The position numbers and the translations under genes were made by a program. From Candidatus Altarchaeum sp. (GTDB lineage: Archaea; Altiarchaeota; Altiarchaeia; Altiarchaeales; Altiarchaeaceae), in assembly GCA_018260615.1 (NCBI GenBank), contig JAGWDQ010000081.1, forward strand, positions 1 through 49,302: 49,302 nucleotides of DNA, in the 5' to 3' direction. The notes beneath the pieces are model-generated. The model was not told where the DNA came from, did no database searches, and saw only the letters and a list, made by a program, of their open reading frames with translations. Shown one piece after another: positions 37,264 through 46,687 of the stretch. Numbering within the stretch: the stretch's first letter is position 1; each line of letters starts with the position of its first letter.

Positions 37264-38217
37264 TCATTTTTTCTCCCCATAAAAATTTTCCAGCAAATAA
37301 TCAATAATAGCCATCCTGACAGGAATACCGTTTTTTGCCTGTGCAAAATATGCCGCATTATTTGTATTATCAATCTCTCTGTCAATTTCATCTATCCTCG
37401 GAAGCGGATGCATAACAATCGTATTATCCGAAATTGCATCCTTTGTGATTTTATATGCGTCTTTTATATCTTCATATTCTTCTATATCCGCAAATCTCTC
37501 CTTTTGAATTCTCGTTAAATATATAACATTAAATTTTCCTTCTTTAGTCATTTTATTAACATCTTTGTCTTTATCATAAATTTCTTTAATCCGTATATTT
37601 TCATTTTTGTTTATATCTTTAACATCGTCAATAATAAAAGAAGGCATCCGTAAATCATTCGGGGAAATTAAAGTTATACTGGCATTGAACATACCAAGTC
37701 CATATAGCAATGAATGCACGGTTCTTCCGTATTTCAGGTCACCGATTAAGGCAATATTCAGGCCGGAAATTTTTCCCTTTAATTTTTTAATTGTATAAAT
37801 ATCAAGAAGTGCCTGCGTCGGATGCTGATTACTTCCATCACCCGCATTTATGGTGGGATGTCCGGCAATTTCGGACGCATATCTCGCTGTACCTGCCTTC
37901 GGACTTCGTATTACAATTATATCACAATATGAATCAATAGTTCTTATTGTATCAGTTAAATTTTCCCCTTTTTCAAGAGATGTCAGTGAAAGTTTTTCTG
38001 CAAAATTTGAGACCTTTCCGTTCAGTCGCAGCATTGCTATTTCAAAACTCATTCTTGTCCTCGTGCTTGGTTCAAAGAATAAATTTCCCAAAATCCTGTC
38101 CTTCCATTTATCATATACTGCTTTAAAATTACAGACATTTTCCATAAATTCGGCACGGCGTAAAATTTCTGCGACATCCTCTTTTTTTATATCCTGCATT
38201 GAAATTAGGTTGTGCAT
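37264..38217 (-). CDS. pyrB: Aspartate carbamoyltransferase catalytic subunit (start moved from 38238)
   Basis: FFEPSTRTRMSF, INAGDG..QHPTQALLD, GDLKYGRTVHS, MHPLPR. Confidence 0.96.
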   Translation of the reverse strand: MHNLISMQDIKKEDVAEILRRAEFMENVCNFKAVYDKWKDRILGNLFFEPSTRTRMSFEIAMLRLNGKVSNFAEKLSLTSLEKGENLTDTIRTIDSYCDIIVIRSPKAGTARYASEIAGHPTINAGDGSNQHPTQALLDIYTIKKLKGKISGLNIALIGDLKYGRTVHSLLYGLGMFNASITLISPNDLRMPSFIIDDVKDINKNENIRIKEIYDKDKDVNKMTKEGKFNVIYLTRIQKERFADIEEYEDIKDAYKITKDAISDNTIVMHPLPRIDEIDREIDNTNNAAYFAQAKNGIPVRMAIIDYLLENFYGEKK

Positions 38218-38297
38218 TTTGAATGAATAAAGAAACATTAAGAATTAAATTTTTAAGAAAAATTAGTTTAAATTTATCCGGGTCTTAATTAGGTTAT

Positions 38298-39146
38298 ATG
38301 GAAATAAAACTTGACAGATCTAAAACAGTGCATGAAAATGCAGCCAGCTATTATGAAAAGGCAAAGCACATGCGGGAAAAGATTGAAGGAGCAAAAAAGG
38401 CCCTGACAGATACATTAAAAAAAATTGACGACCTGAAAAAGAAAAAAAACACACTTGAAAAAAACAGGGAAATTTCAGTGAAAAATTTAAATGAAAAAAT
38501 AGCCAAAAAAAGAGCAAAACAATGGTATGAGAATTTCAGATGGATATTTATTGAAAATTTTCTGGTTGTTGGCGGAAAGGATGCAACGAGCAATGAAATT
38601 TTAATAAAAAAGCACACCGAACCAAATGATTTAGTTATGCATGCAGATGTCTTCGGTTCGCCGTTTTTTGTCATCAAAAACGGAAAAAATGCAAACGATG
38701 AAATTTTAAAGAATGTTGCATCAATTTGTGCATCACATTCAAGGGCGTGGAAGAATGGTGTCGGAAGTTCTGATGTTTACTGTGTCAATCCGGAGCAGGT
38801 CTCAAAGACGGCAAAAGCAGGTGAATTTCTGGCAAAGGGTTCGTTTATGATTTACGGAGAAAGAAGATGGTTCAGGAATACGCCGCTAAAAATTTATATC
38901 TGTTTTAAAGACGGGGAAATTTTGAGCACAGGCATTATGAGAACTGATGAAAACGGGCAAATTAGTGAGCAGGGTTGTCCGCATTATGTTTGTTTAACTC
39001 CCGGAACAGAAAAAGCAAAGGACCTGATAAAGAAAATAAAGAAATTTTACGAAAATAAGAAAATTCCGGAAATTTCAAATATTCCCGATGATGAGATTAT
39101 GCGGTTAATTCCTTACGGGCAGGGACAAATAATTGAAATGAAATAA
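38298..39146 (+). CDS. NFACT RNA-binding domain protein (C-terminal half of Rqc2/FbpA)
   Basis: IKLD....HENAASYY, QWYENFRW, GGKDATSNE, HADVFGSP, SRAWK, QVSKT..GE..KGSFMIYG. Confidence 0.85.
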   Translation: MEIKLDRSKTVHENAASYYEKAKHMREKIEGAKKALTDTLKKIDDLKKKKNTLEKNREISVKNLNEKIAKKRAKQWYENFRWIFIENFLVVGGKDATSNEILIKKHTEPNDLVMHADVFGSPFFVIKNGKNANDEILKNVASICASHSRAWKNGVGSSDVYCVNPEQVSKTAKAGEFLAKGSFMIYGERRWFRNTPLKIYICFKDGEILSTGIMRTDENGQISEQGCPHYVCLTPGTEKAKDLIKKIKKFYENKKIPEISNIPDDEIMRLIPYGQGQIIEMK

Positions 39147-39204
39147 ATAAAATAAAATGCTCAATTTTTAATTCTAATATGGTTTTTATTTTTTATCATC
39201 TAAA

Positions 39205-40788
39205 ATGAATACAACGAATACAAAGGTCTGCCTTATAACAGTTTATGACAAGCGGGGCATAGTAAATTTTGCACACAGTCTCATAGATGCGGGCTATAAA
39301 ATAATTTCAACATCCGGAACAGCAAAGTTGCTGACAGAAAACGAAATATGTGTTGAAGAAATTTCGGACATAACGAAATTTCCCGAAATTTTAAATGGAA
39401 GGGTTAAAACATTACATCCTGCAATATTCGGCGGATTGCTTGCGGATAAAAACAACGAAGAACATATATCCGAAATAAAAAAATACAACATCCTTCCGAT
39501 TGATTTGGTTGTTGTAAATTTATATCCGTTTAAAAATACTGTGAGCAAAGAGCATTCCATGGATGAAGCAATTGAAAATATTGACATTGGAGGCGTTTCA
39601 TTAATTCGTGCAGCGGCAAAAAATTATAAAAATGTTGCGGTTGTTGTTGACCCGCAGGATTATAATATAATTGCAGAGGAAATTAAAAACAATCCAAACA
39701 AAGAAATTTCCCTGCCAACAAGAGAAAAATTATGTGCGAAGGCGTTTGCTTATGTGTCCGATTATGATATTGCCATTCATAATTATTTTTCAGGACGCTT
39801 TGCTAAATTTGAAAACGGATTTGGTAATAAATTTTTTATTTCGGGGGAAAAATTTTGCGATATGAGATACGGAGAAAATCCTCACCAGAATGCAGCGGTC
39901 TATAAAACAAATAATATTGTTCAAAATTTCCTGCTTGATTCAATTGTTTATGAAGGCAAAAAACTTTCTTTCAATAATATTCTGGATTTAAATCTGGCAT
40001 TAAAAGTTGTCGGCGAATTTGATGAGCCGGCATGCTGTGTAGTTAAACATGCAATTCCCTGCGGTGCTGCAATAGGAGAAAATTTAGACGAAGCATACAA
40101 TTTAGCTTATGAATGTGATTCAAAGTCGGCTTTCGGAGGGATATTTGGATTTAACGGAAAGGTTACAGAATACATTGCAAACAATATAAGTAAAATTTTC
40201 TTTGAATGTATAATTGCAAAGGATTATGAAGATAGTGCGCTGGAAATATTGAAAAAAAAGAAAAATTTAAGAATATTAAAAAAGGATGCAGGCGATTTAA
40301 ATTTAAATGAATACAACATAAGAAAATTTTCAGGCGGATTTATGATTCAGGATGAAGACAAAAAGCATCTGACACTTGATGAACTGAAAAATTTACCTGT
40401 TGTGACGAACAAAAAACCAACTGCTCAAGAGTATAGAGCAATGTTCTTTGCAGATAAGATTGTCAAGCATGTCCGGTCTAATGCAATTGTTCTGGCAAAA
40501 GATAGTTATACTGTCGGAATCGGTTCGGGACAAACAAGCAGGGTTGATGCGGTTAAAATTTCCATAATGAAGGCAAACGAAAATAAAGATGATGGACTAA
40601 CAAATGGCTCTGTTTTGGCATCGGATGCTTTCTTTCCGTTCAGGGATGGAATAGATGAGGCGGCAAAGGGAGGAATTTCAGCGGTAATTCAGCCGGGGGG
40701 GTCTATAAGAGATAAGGAAGTGATAGATGCGTGCAATGAATATAATATTGCTATGGTATTTACGAATATAAGACACTTCCTGCATTGA
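39205..40788 (+). CDS. purH: Bifunctional AICAR transformylase/IMP cyclohydrolase
   Basis: GRVKTLHP, IDIGG, RYGENPHQ, VKHAIPCG, SDAFFPF, QPGGSIRD. Confidence 0.96.
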   Translation: MNTTNTKVCLITVYDKRGIVNFAHSLIDAGYKIISTSGTAKLLTENEICVEEISDITKFPEILNGRVKTLHPAIFGGLLADKNNEEHISEIKKYNILPIDLVVVNLYPFKNTVSKEHSMDEAIENIDIGGVSLIRAAAKNYKNVAVVVDPQDYNIIAEEIKNNPNKEISLPTREKLCAKAFAYVSDYDIAIHNYFSGRFAKFENGFGNKFFISGEKFCDMRYGENPHQNAAVYKTNNIVQNFLLDSIVYEGKKLSFNNILDLNLALKVVGEFDEPACCVVKHAIPCGAAIGENLDEAYNLAYECDSKSAFGGIFGFNGKVTEYIANNISKIFFECIIAKDYEDSALEILKKKKNLRILKKDAGDLNLNEYNIRKFSGGFMIQDEDKKHLTLDELKNLPVVTNKKPTAQEYRAMFFADKIVKHVRSNAIVLAKDSYTVGIGSGQTSRVDAVKISIMKANENKDDGLTNGSVLASDAFFPFRDGIDEAAKGGISAVIQPGGSIRDKEVIDACNEYNIAMVFTNIRHFLH

Positions 40789-40844
40789 AATAAAATTTAT
40801 ATTTGCTAAAGAGATTACGATTTATAATACCTTTTTTCATTCTT

Positions 40845-41366
40845 TCATTTATAAATAATATCTTCAAGTCCGTACACAGAGAAACCATCCTTTCCGCTTA
40901 AATTTCTTAACAACCAGTCGTGTGATATCAAAACCCAGTTATATCCCTTATTTTCGTTTTTTAATTTCTTTGCCGCTAAATAAACAGAGGTGTCTGCAAA
41001 TCCACACTTCACAAACATTTTTTCGTTTAGTATCTCCTCTTTTCCTATACATTCTTCTCCGATTTTTTTAAAGAAATCTTTCATGAACATCCAAAATTCT
41101 TCCCCCCGGTTGCCTTTCATGTCGTATTTGGTTTCAACTATATCATAGGTCTCTGCCAAAACATGAGGAGTAACAACAATATTCTTTATTATGCTGGTTA
41201 TAGATTTATACAAAATTTCCCGTTCTTCTTTAATTCTCATTTGTGAAAATTTTTCATCAATTTTTTTCATATATTCATCAGTCACCCTGTTCTCATTGCT
41301 ACACCATATAATCAAAAGCATGATTATCAGAGGTTCCGTATCAACCACAAATTTTTTTGGTTTCAT
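40845..41366 (-). CDS. PIN-domain (VapC-like) nuclease, copy A
   Basis: VVDTEP, LAET, GFADTS and SHD acidic tetrad. Confidence 0.8.
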   Translation of the reverse strand: MKPKKFVVDTEPLIIMLLIIWCSNENRVTDEYMKKIDEKFSQMRIKEEREILYKSITSIIKNIVVTPHVLAETYDIVETKYDMKGNRGEEFWMFMKDFFKKIGEECIGKEEILNEKMFVKCGFADTSVYLAAKKLKNENKGYNWVLISHDWLLRNLSGKDGFSVYGLEDIIYK

Positions 41367-41378
41367 TTTTGCTTCATC

Positions 41379-41999
41379 TTATTTTCCCGCTTCAAATCCT
41401 TTAAAAGACAAAATGGACCCTTCGGAAGAAAAACTGAAGTGATGAACTTTTGGAAACACATCGAACCGCGCATAATATATTACAATCATTAACATTTGCC
41501 ATTTTTCTTCTCTACGCACCACAAGGACAGGAATATAGTCAACATATTTAAATGTTGTTCCCTCGCCTAAAATTTCTTTTGCTTTCTTACAAATGTCATT
41601 TACATCTTTTTCTTCTGATTTAATATCATCTGTCTCTTTTTCAACTATTGGTGTAAATCTCTCATACGGTGAGATGGCACAAATTTTTCCATAAGAATTA
41701 ACATAAAAACAAAAATTAAAATGCTCTGATATCTTTTTTATGCTATTATCAACTTGTAATTCTTTCATTACCGCAGCAAATTCTGATGGCGGAAGATTAA
41801 TTATTGCCGATAAAGTATCCCATATCTCTTTATCAAACTCAGATTTAATCTCACCGGAAATAATCCAAAAGTTCCGTTCCTTATTGTAATCAGTACCGGT
41901 AACAACAAAGCCAACACCTTTGTTATTTTCGGTTATAAACTTTCTGACTATTCCAACCGCTTCCACTTCCGTTATAGAGATTTTTGTTTCTTTGTCCAT
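41379..41999 (-). CDS. Uncharacterised ~206-aa protein, PIN partner, copy A
   Basis: Clear paralog of 43157-43780 (WII.GEI, CKKAKE.L..GTTF.Y, FDV.PKV..F....G...SFKGF). Confidence 0.8.
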   Translation of the reverse strand: MDKETKISITEVEAVGIVRKFITENNKGVGFVVTGTDYNKERNFWIISGEIKSEFDKEIWDTLSAIINLPPSEFAAVMKELQVDNSIKKISEHFNFCFYVNSYGKICAISPYERFTPIVEKETDDIKSEEKDVNDICKKAKEILGEGTTFKYVDYIPVLVVRREEKWQMLMIVIYYARFDVFPKVHHFSFSSEGSILSFKGFEAGK

Positions 42000-42068
42000 T
42001 TTAGATTTAATAAAGTTTAATAAAAATTTAGATTTAATGGCATAGTATTTTTGTAATTTTGGGAAAAT

Positions 42069-42752
42069 TTAAAATTTATCAACCAATCGCACTTTTTTTA
42101 TCAAAAATTCCCCTCTGATATTATCCCAAATTTTCTCTGCTTCATCAATTACCAATCTCTTTTTGAACAAAGGACAATCAGTTACAAAGGTTTCATACTC
42201 TCCACCTTCTCCGCCTATGTTTATGTGAAATTTATTCTCCAGTTTTTTCAGGTCCTCTAACGCCTTCAAGTCCAGTTCTCTCCCGAGCCAGCTTTCATCA
42301 AATCCGTCCGCATATACTCCGACAATTAAAATTTTAAAATTTAAATTTATTGCCTCTCTTATTAAGTCCTCATGACTTTTTTTCCAGTAAGGTGCATATA
42401 CCTCTAAATTTAACTCATCACAGATTTTCTTTACTCTGCTATACTGATAATTTGATGAGACCGCACCGACACAAACACCTTCAATTGCACATTTGTCCTT
42501 TAAAATTTTTATTTCTCTTTTCAAATCATCTATCTCTTTTTCTTTGTCTTTGTCCGATTCCTCCATTATTATCGGAATATTCATCGCTTCCGCAGAAATT
42601 TTTGCAAATTTTATGTTCGGATAGTGAAACATATAACTCTCTTTGTCAGGAACAAATGAAAGTAAGGCAACAATTTCATTATTTGCATTTATTGCTTTGT
42701 ATGTTGCTATTGTGCTGTCCTTTCCTCCCGAAAACAATGAGACCAGTTTCAT
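42069..42752 (-). CDS. dph6: Diphthine-ammonia ligase
   Basis: SLFSGGKDS, ESYMFH, GAVSSNYQ, GEGGEYETFVTDCPLF. Confidence 0.93.
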   Translation of the reverse strand: MKLVSLFSGGKDSTIATYKAINANNEIVALLSFVPDKESYMFHYPNIKFAKISAEAMNIPIIMEESDKDKEKEIDDLKREIKILKDKCAIEGVCVGAVSSNYQYSRVKKICDELNLEVYAPYWKKSHEDLIREAINLNFKILIVGVYADGFDESWLGRELDLKALEDLKKLENKFHINIGGEGGEYETFVTDCPLFKKRLVIDEAEKIWDNIRGEFLIKKVRLVDKF

Positions 42753-42850
42753 TCTTAAAGATTATTTATATTTCCTTTCCTAATTTTTCTTTGAAATTAT
42801 AATTAGTTTGTATAAAATTAACTAAAATTTAATAACAATCTGTAATCAAA

Positions 42851-43138
42851 ATGAAAGTTCCGGAAAAAGTAATGGCACATTGTCCATTTTGTAATGCTCA
42901 CACGGAGCATGTGGTGACCCTTAACCGAAAAGGCGAAGTAAGGCACAATAGTGAAGGTACAAGAAAATTTAGGGAAATTAAAAAGGGCTACGGAGGGATG
43001 GCAAGAACTCCGAAAAAGCCGGTCTTTAAGACGGCGAAGAGAGTTACGCTTATTTTAAAGTGCAAAGTATGTAGCAAAAAGCATCAAAAAGTATATGACC
43101 GGACAAAGAAGACAACAGAGATAGTGAAGGTGGATTAA
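42851..43138 (+). CDS. rpl44e: 50S ribosomal protein L44e
   Basis: MKVP....HCPFCNAHTEH, GYGG, K..KR..L.LKC..C. Confidence 0.92.
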   Translation: MKVPEKVMAHCPFCNAHTEHVVTLNRKGEVRHNSEGTRKFREIKKGYGGMARTPKKPVFKTAKRVTLILKCKVCSKKHQKVYDRTKKTTEIVKVD

Positions 43139-43156
43139 TGAGAAATTTAATTAAAA

Positions 43157-43780
43157 ATGCCCGACAAAATTATAGTGTCCGGAACAGAGGCCATTAATAT
43201 GGTTGCCGGCTTTGCGCATGAAGTATTAGGTAAAGGGGCAGGTTTTATTCCGGAAACATCAGATTATGATGAGCATTCTAATTTATGGATTATTCAGGGA
43301 GAAATTAGATATATGGGCGATTATGCTTACCTGTTAAGTCATTTTTTAGAAGTTATGAATAAGCCATCGCAAGAATTTATTGAGGTATTTAATAATTTTA
43401 ATTTGACAAAAAAAGTTATTGAATCGTTGAAAGATTTTAAATTTCGTTTTTATGTAAGTCCTGACGGAAAAAAATTACTTGTTATTATTCATGAAGCACT
43501 TTTTCTAATATTACCGCCAAAGCTGAAGAACATGCACCGTTATATGATTGGAGAAGAAGATGCAGACGCAAAATATATTTGTAAAAAAGCAAAAGAACTT
43601 TTGTCAACGGGAACAACTTTTAGATATTTGGATTTCTTACCAACTATTGCAATATATAATAGGGACAGGTGGATGGTACTTGCTATTGTTTCATACTACT
43701 CCGGATTTGATGTGATTCCAAAGGTGTATTATTTTGAGTATTTAAGAGATGGAACATTTGTATCTTTCAAAGGATTTTAA
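43157..43780 (+). CDS. Uncharacterised ~207-aa protein, PIN partner, copy B
   Basis: Paralog of 41379-41999; directly upstream of a PIN gene. Confidence 0.8.
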   Translation: MPDKIIVSGTEAINMVAGFAHEVLGKGAGFIPETSDYDEHSNLWIIQGEIRYMGDYAYLLSHFLEVMNKPSQEFIEVFNNFNLTKKVIESLKDFKFRFYVSPDGKKLLVIIHEALFLILPPKLKNMHRYMIGEEDADAKYICKKAKELLSTGTTFRYLDFLPTIAIYNRDRWMVLAIVSYYSGFDVIPKVYYFEYLRDGTFVSFKGF

Positions 43781-43796
43781 CAAGAGTACGTAAAAA

Positions 43797-44405
43797 ATGA
43801 AAATAATTTTAGATACGGAACCTTTAATAATGTTGCTTTTATTTAGGGAGTATGTTGTATCCGAAGAAAAACAAAAACAGGATAAAATCAAAAAATTTTT
43901 AGAACAACAATTACATGGAGATATAAAAGATCAGGAAGAGTATTTTAAATTTTTTGAAAGAGAGTTAAAAAACAGGAATATCCTTGTTACTTCTTATGTT
44001 TTGGCAGAAGTTACTGATATGATTGAGAACCACTATTTTAAAGGAAAAGATTACTGTGAATTAATGGAAGCATCTGCGGATTTTTTTAAAAAGCTTTATG
44101 AAGAGTATATGGAAAAAGACACAATAATAGATATGATGATAGAAAAGAAGGATAAACATGTGGAAGCAGGAAAAGAATCAAAATATTTCATAGAATTCGG
44201 ATTTGCAAATATATCTATTTATTTAGCCCTGACAAAAGAAATAGAAAAAAATAAAAAGAACAAATATAATATCAATGTTTTTCTACTTTCGGAAGATAAA
44301 TATCTCAAGAATTTCTGCACTTATGTGGAAAAATTCAATAATGTAATGACTTTTAATGAATTTGTTTACCAAATGAAACTTAGATCTGAGCTATATATAA
44401 AATGA
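43797..44405 (+). CDS. PIN-domain nuclease, copy B
   Basis: ILDTEPL, LAEV, GFANIS, SED; paralog of 40845-41366. Confidence 0.8.
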   Translation: MKIILDTEPLIMLLLFREYVVSEEKQKQDKIKKFLEQQLHGDIKDQEEYFKFFERELKNRNILVTSYVLAEVTDMIENHYFKGKDYCELMEASADFFKKLYEEYMEKDTIIDMMIEKKDKHVEAGKESKYFIEFGFANISIYLALTKEIEKNKKNKYNINVFLLSEDKYLKNFCTYVEKFNNVMTFNEFVYQMKLRSELYIK

Positions 44406-44980
44406 AAAGTCATAAAATTTCCGGTGATTATGACGGAAGCCAGATAAAACCATTTTGGGCAAGGGAAAAATTTGGTGTTTCCGAGGACAATATTGTTGTA
44501 ATGGTTGGAAGTATGGATGTGAAGTTTGAAAATATGGTTGATATGGATGATTTGAGAGACCAAAAAGCAATCAGAACTGATAAAGCAATTCATTTCTTAA
44601 TTGAACATTATGACGGCAAAGATATACGACTGGCGTATTACAGGCAGAGGATTTTCTGTATCGTTGTTGAAGAAATTTTAAGAAAATACAACATAAATGC
44701 AGAAAGGAAGGGAAGTGATCTGTATGTTGAAGGAAAGAAGTTGAGCGTAAGCATAGCAACAACAGGCAAAACACAAAAGATTCATTTCGGAATAAATTTA
44801 ACTACAAAGGGAACGCCAAGTGATGTGAAAACAATTGCACTTGAAAATTTTGAATGTTTCAAAGATGATAAAAATATTAATAATGTAAACATCAATAAAT
44901 TTATTGATGATGTTTTAAATCGCTATATTTTTGATGTTGAAAAGATTGAAAAGGATATAATGAAGACAAAAATTTTTTAA
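44402..44980 (+). CDS. DUF366 family protein (biotin/lipoate ligase-like fold)
   Basis: YDGSQI...W, MVDMDD, HFLIEH, GSDLY..GKKLSVSIAT, HFGIN. Confidence 0.85.
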   Translation: MKSHKISGDYDGSQIKPFWAREKFGVSEDNIVVMVGSMDVKFENMVDMDDLRDQKAIRTDKAIHFLIEHYDGKDIRLAYYRQRIFCIVVEEILRKYNINAERKGSDLYVEGKKLSVSIATTGKTQKIHFGINLTTKGTPSDVKTIALENFECFKDDKNINNVNINKFIDDVLNRYIFDVEKIEKDIMKTKIF

Positions 44981-45244
44981 TAATCCGAAGTTTTCCGCCA
45001 ATATAAAAGTTCGGTCGTGGTTTTATAGTTAACGCTTTCTAAATTTAAATATATTTATTAACAAATCATAATTATTAACAAAAATAACAGAAATAAAATT
45101 TCATTCAAAGGTTAGATATACTAATCCGCAAGTAAAATTTGGAAATTTTCTGTTAGAATGTTTTTAAACTCATCGTAATATTTGTCTAAATTATCTAAAA
45201 AGTTACAAAAAACAGATGTGGGTTAGTATATACGAATATTGCAA

Positions 45245-45335
45245 ATATAACTCCATATCGGGATGATATGCACAATGCGGATATATCTTCAGATTGGAGG
45301 GATATACGCAGTACTGCGTATATAACGAGTTATAT
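45245..45335 (+). repeat. attC-like palindromic site 1
   Basis: atataactc...gagttatat 9-bp outer IR (AAC/GTT core), inner catatc/gatatg, and a 22-bp perfect palindrome atatacgcagtactgcgtatat at 45302-45323. Confidence 0.5.
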
Positions 45336-45412
45336 GAAATTGCCCACATTTCAAGAGAAAAATAACATACAGCTGGGCGTCTTAATCAAAAGTAAAAACA
45401 GAAGGTGATAAA

Positions 45413-46405
45413 ATGGGAATATTTGATAAGTTGTTTGGAAAGAAGAAAACAGAGAAAGTAGAATCAGAGACACGACCAGAAGTAAAACAAGTTAATGAGC
45501 GCGGAACAGATCACGATGAGGCAAGAAAACAATTCCTGCAAGATGCAAAGTCACGTGATTTAAGAGCATTTCGCGTTTGGGGTCCTGACCAAAAAATTGA
45601 AATCTCTGGTGATTGGATGACACTGTTTTGGAGTCAGCGTCCTATAGAAGTATATGCACACCCTGATAGGGTAATTGCATTTCTTAACCAAAATATGCTT
45701 CCATATCTTTGGCCAGATGATATGAAGTATAAAGATTCTGTGAACTCAGAGGAAAAACCACAAAATTGTCTTCGCCTTCAATGGATAGTATCCTATTTAC
45801 ATCATCCAGATTCGGAAGTAATCATTAAAACGCTCCAGACCAAAATACCCACTGATATTTTGGAAACTGTTGGTATGACAGATGCACTTGGCGATTTACT
45901 TATACACTCAGATACGAAAGTGCGTAATGAAGCAGCAAAAGTTGCTTGGAGATGTAGTGATGCGTTATTTGAGGGTTTATTCAAGATATTAAGTTCGCAG
46001 GGAATGATGCCATCAGGAATCAGTCCGAGGGAAGGAAAACAAGCTGTTGAAATACTAGGAAATCATTGTCCACCCGAACGAAGACAACTTTTTCAGAAGT
46101 TAGTTCTTGATGCTTTTGGGCCAACTGTTGCGAAAACGAAACAGAAATTGACATCGGAATCAATTAAGGATATCCGAAAAGTATGCGGAAAATGCGGGAT
46201 AACCATGGAAGAGCGTATTCGATGGTGGCATGCACCAAAACCTCAAGGAGTTGTAAGAATTGGTTGTGATGATCGTGAACTGTTTCTTTATTGCAATCAT
46301 TGCCAGAAAAGGATTTGCGGAGGGTGCTCAATTGATCTTGGCATGACCGCAGGGTGCCCATTTTGCATGAAAGAGCTTGTATATATGGATGGAACAAGTC
46401 AGTAG
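45413..46405 (+). CDS. Hypothetical protein: helical (HEAT-like) region plus Cys-rich C-terminal zinc finger(s)
   Basis: gaaggtga RBS; HSDTKVRNEAAKVAW HEAT-like motif; CGKC, C, CNHC..ICGGC, CPFC. Confidence 0.75.
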   Translation: MGIFDKLFGKKKTEKVESETRPEVKQVNERGTDHDEARKQFLQDAKSRDLRAFRVWGPDQKIEISGDWMTLFWSQRPIEVYAHPDRVIAFLNQNMLPYLWPDDMKYKDSVNSEEKPQNCLRLQWIVSYLHHPDSEVIIKTLQTKIPTDILETVGMTDALGDLLIHSDTKVRNEAAKVAWRCSDALFEGLFKILSSQGMMPSGISPREGKQAVEILGNHCPPERRQLFQKLVLDAFGPTVAKTKQKLTSESIKDIRKVCGKCGITMEERIRWWHAPKPQGVVRIGCDDRELFLYCNHCQKRICGGCSIDLGMTAGCPFCMKELVYMDGTSQ

Positions 46406-46539
46406 CAAGGATAAGTTTACAATACAAACTTAACTGATTATCTACTCAAATGGGTTCACTCTATGGGGAACACAGCGATTAAATGCGGGCAACTCTGCGG
46501 AAGCCTTCGGGGCTTCCTTGCATCGCCTTCGGCTTGGTC

Positions 46540-46624
46540 ATATAACAAAGGATTTGCGATTCGCTATCGCTCATCCAAATTGCTCCTTATGGTTGCAACT
46601 TCGCAAATCCTCGTTCCGTTAAAC
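46540..46624 (+). repeat. attC-like site 2
   Basis: ATATAAC-aa-aggatttgcga ... tcgcaaatcct-cgttcc-GTTAAAC; 11-bp perfect inner arms; GTTRRRY end. Confidence 0.55.
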
Positions 46625-46687
46625 TCAATCGTGGGCTTCGGGGCTTAACGAAAGTTTATTAAACTTCAATATATCAATAATTAAATT

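Noticed and set aside
39205-40788. Bacterial-type PurH as a novelty
   Set aside because: Fused PurH is already known in several archaeal groups
45100-45240. attI site or integrase upstream of the cassette array
   Set aside because: GTTAGAT (45111) and GTTAGTA cores exist, but such heptamers are common in AT-rich DNA and no recombinase ORF is present
46463-46648. 61-aa ORF (also 47041-47238 and 47076-47330)
   Set aside because: They overlap palindromic attC-like DNA or the HNH gene
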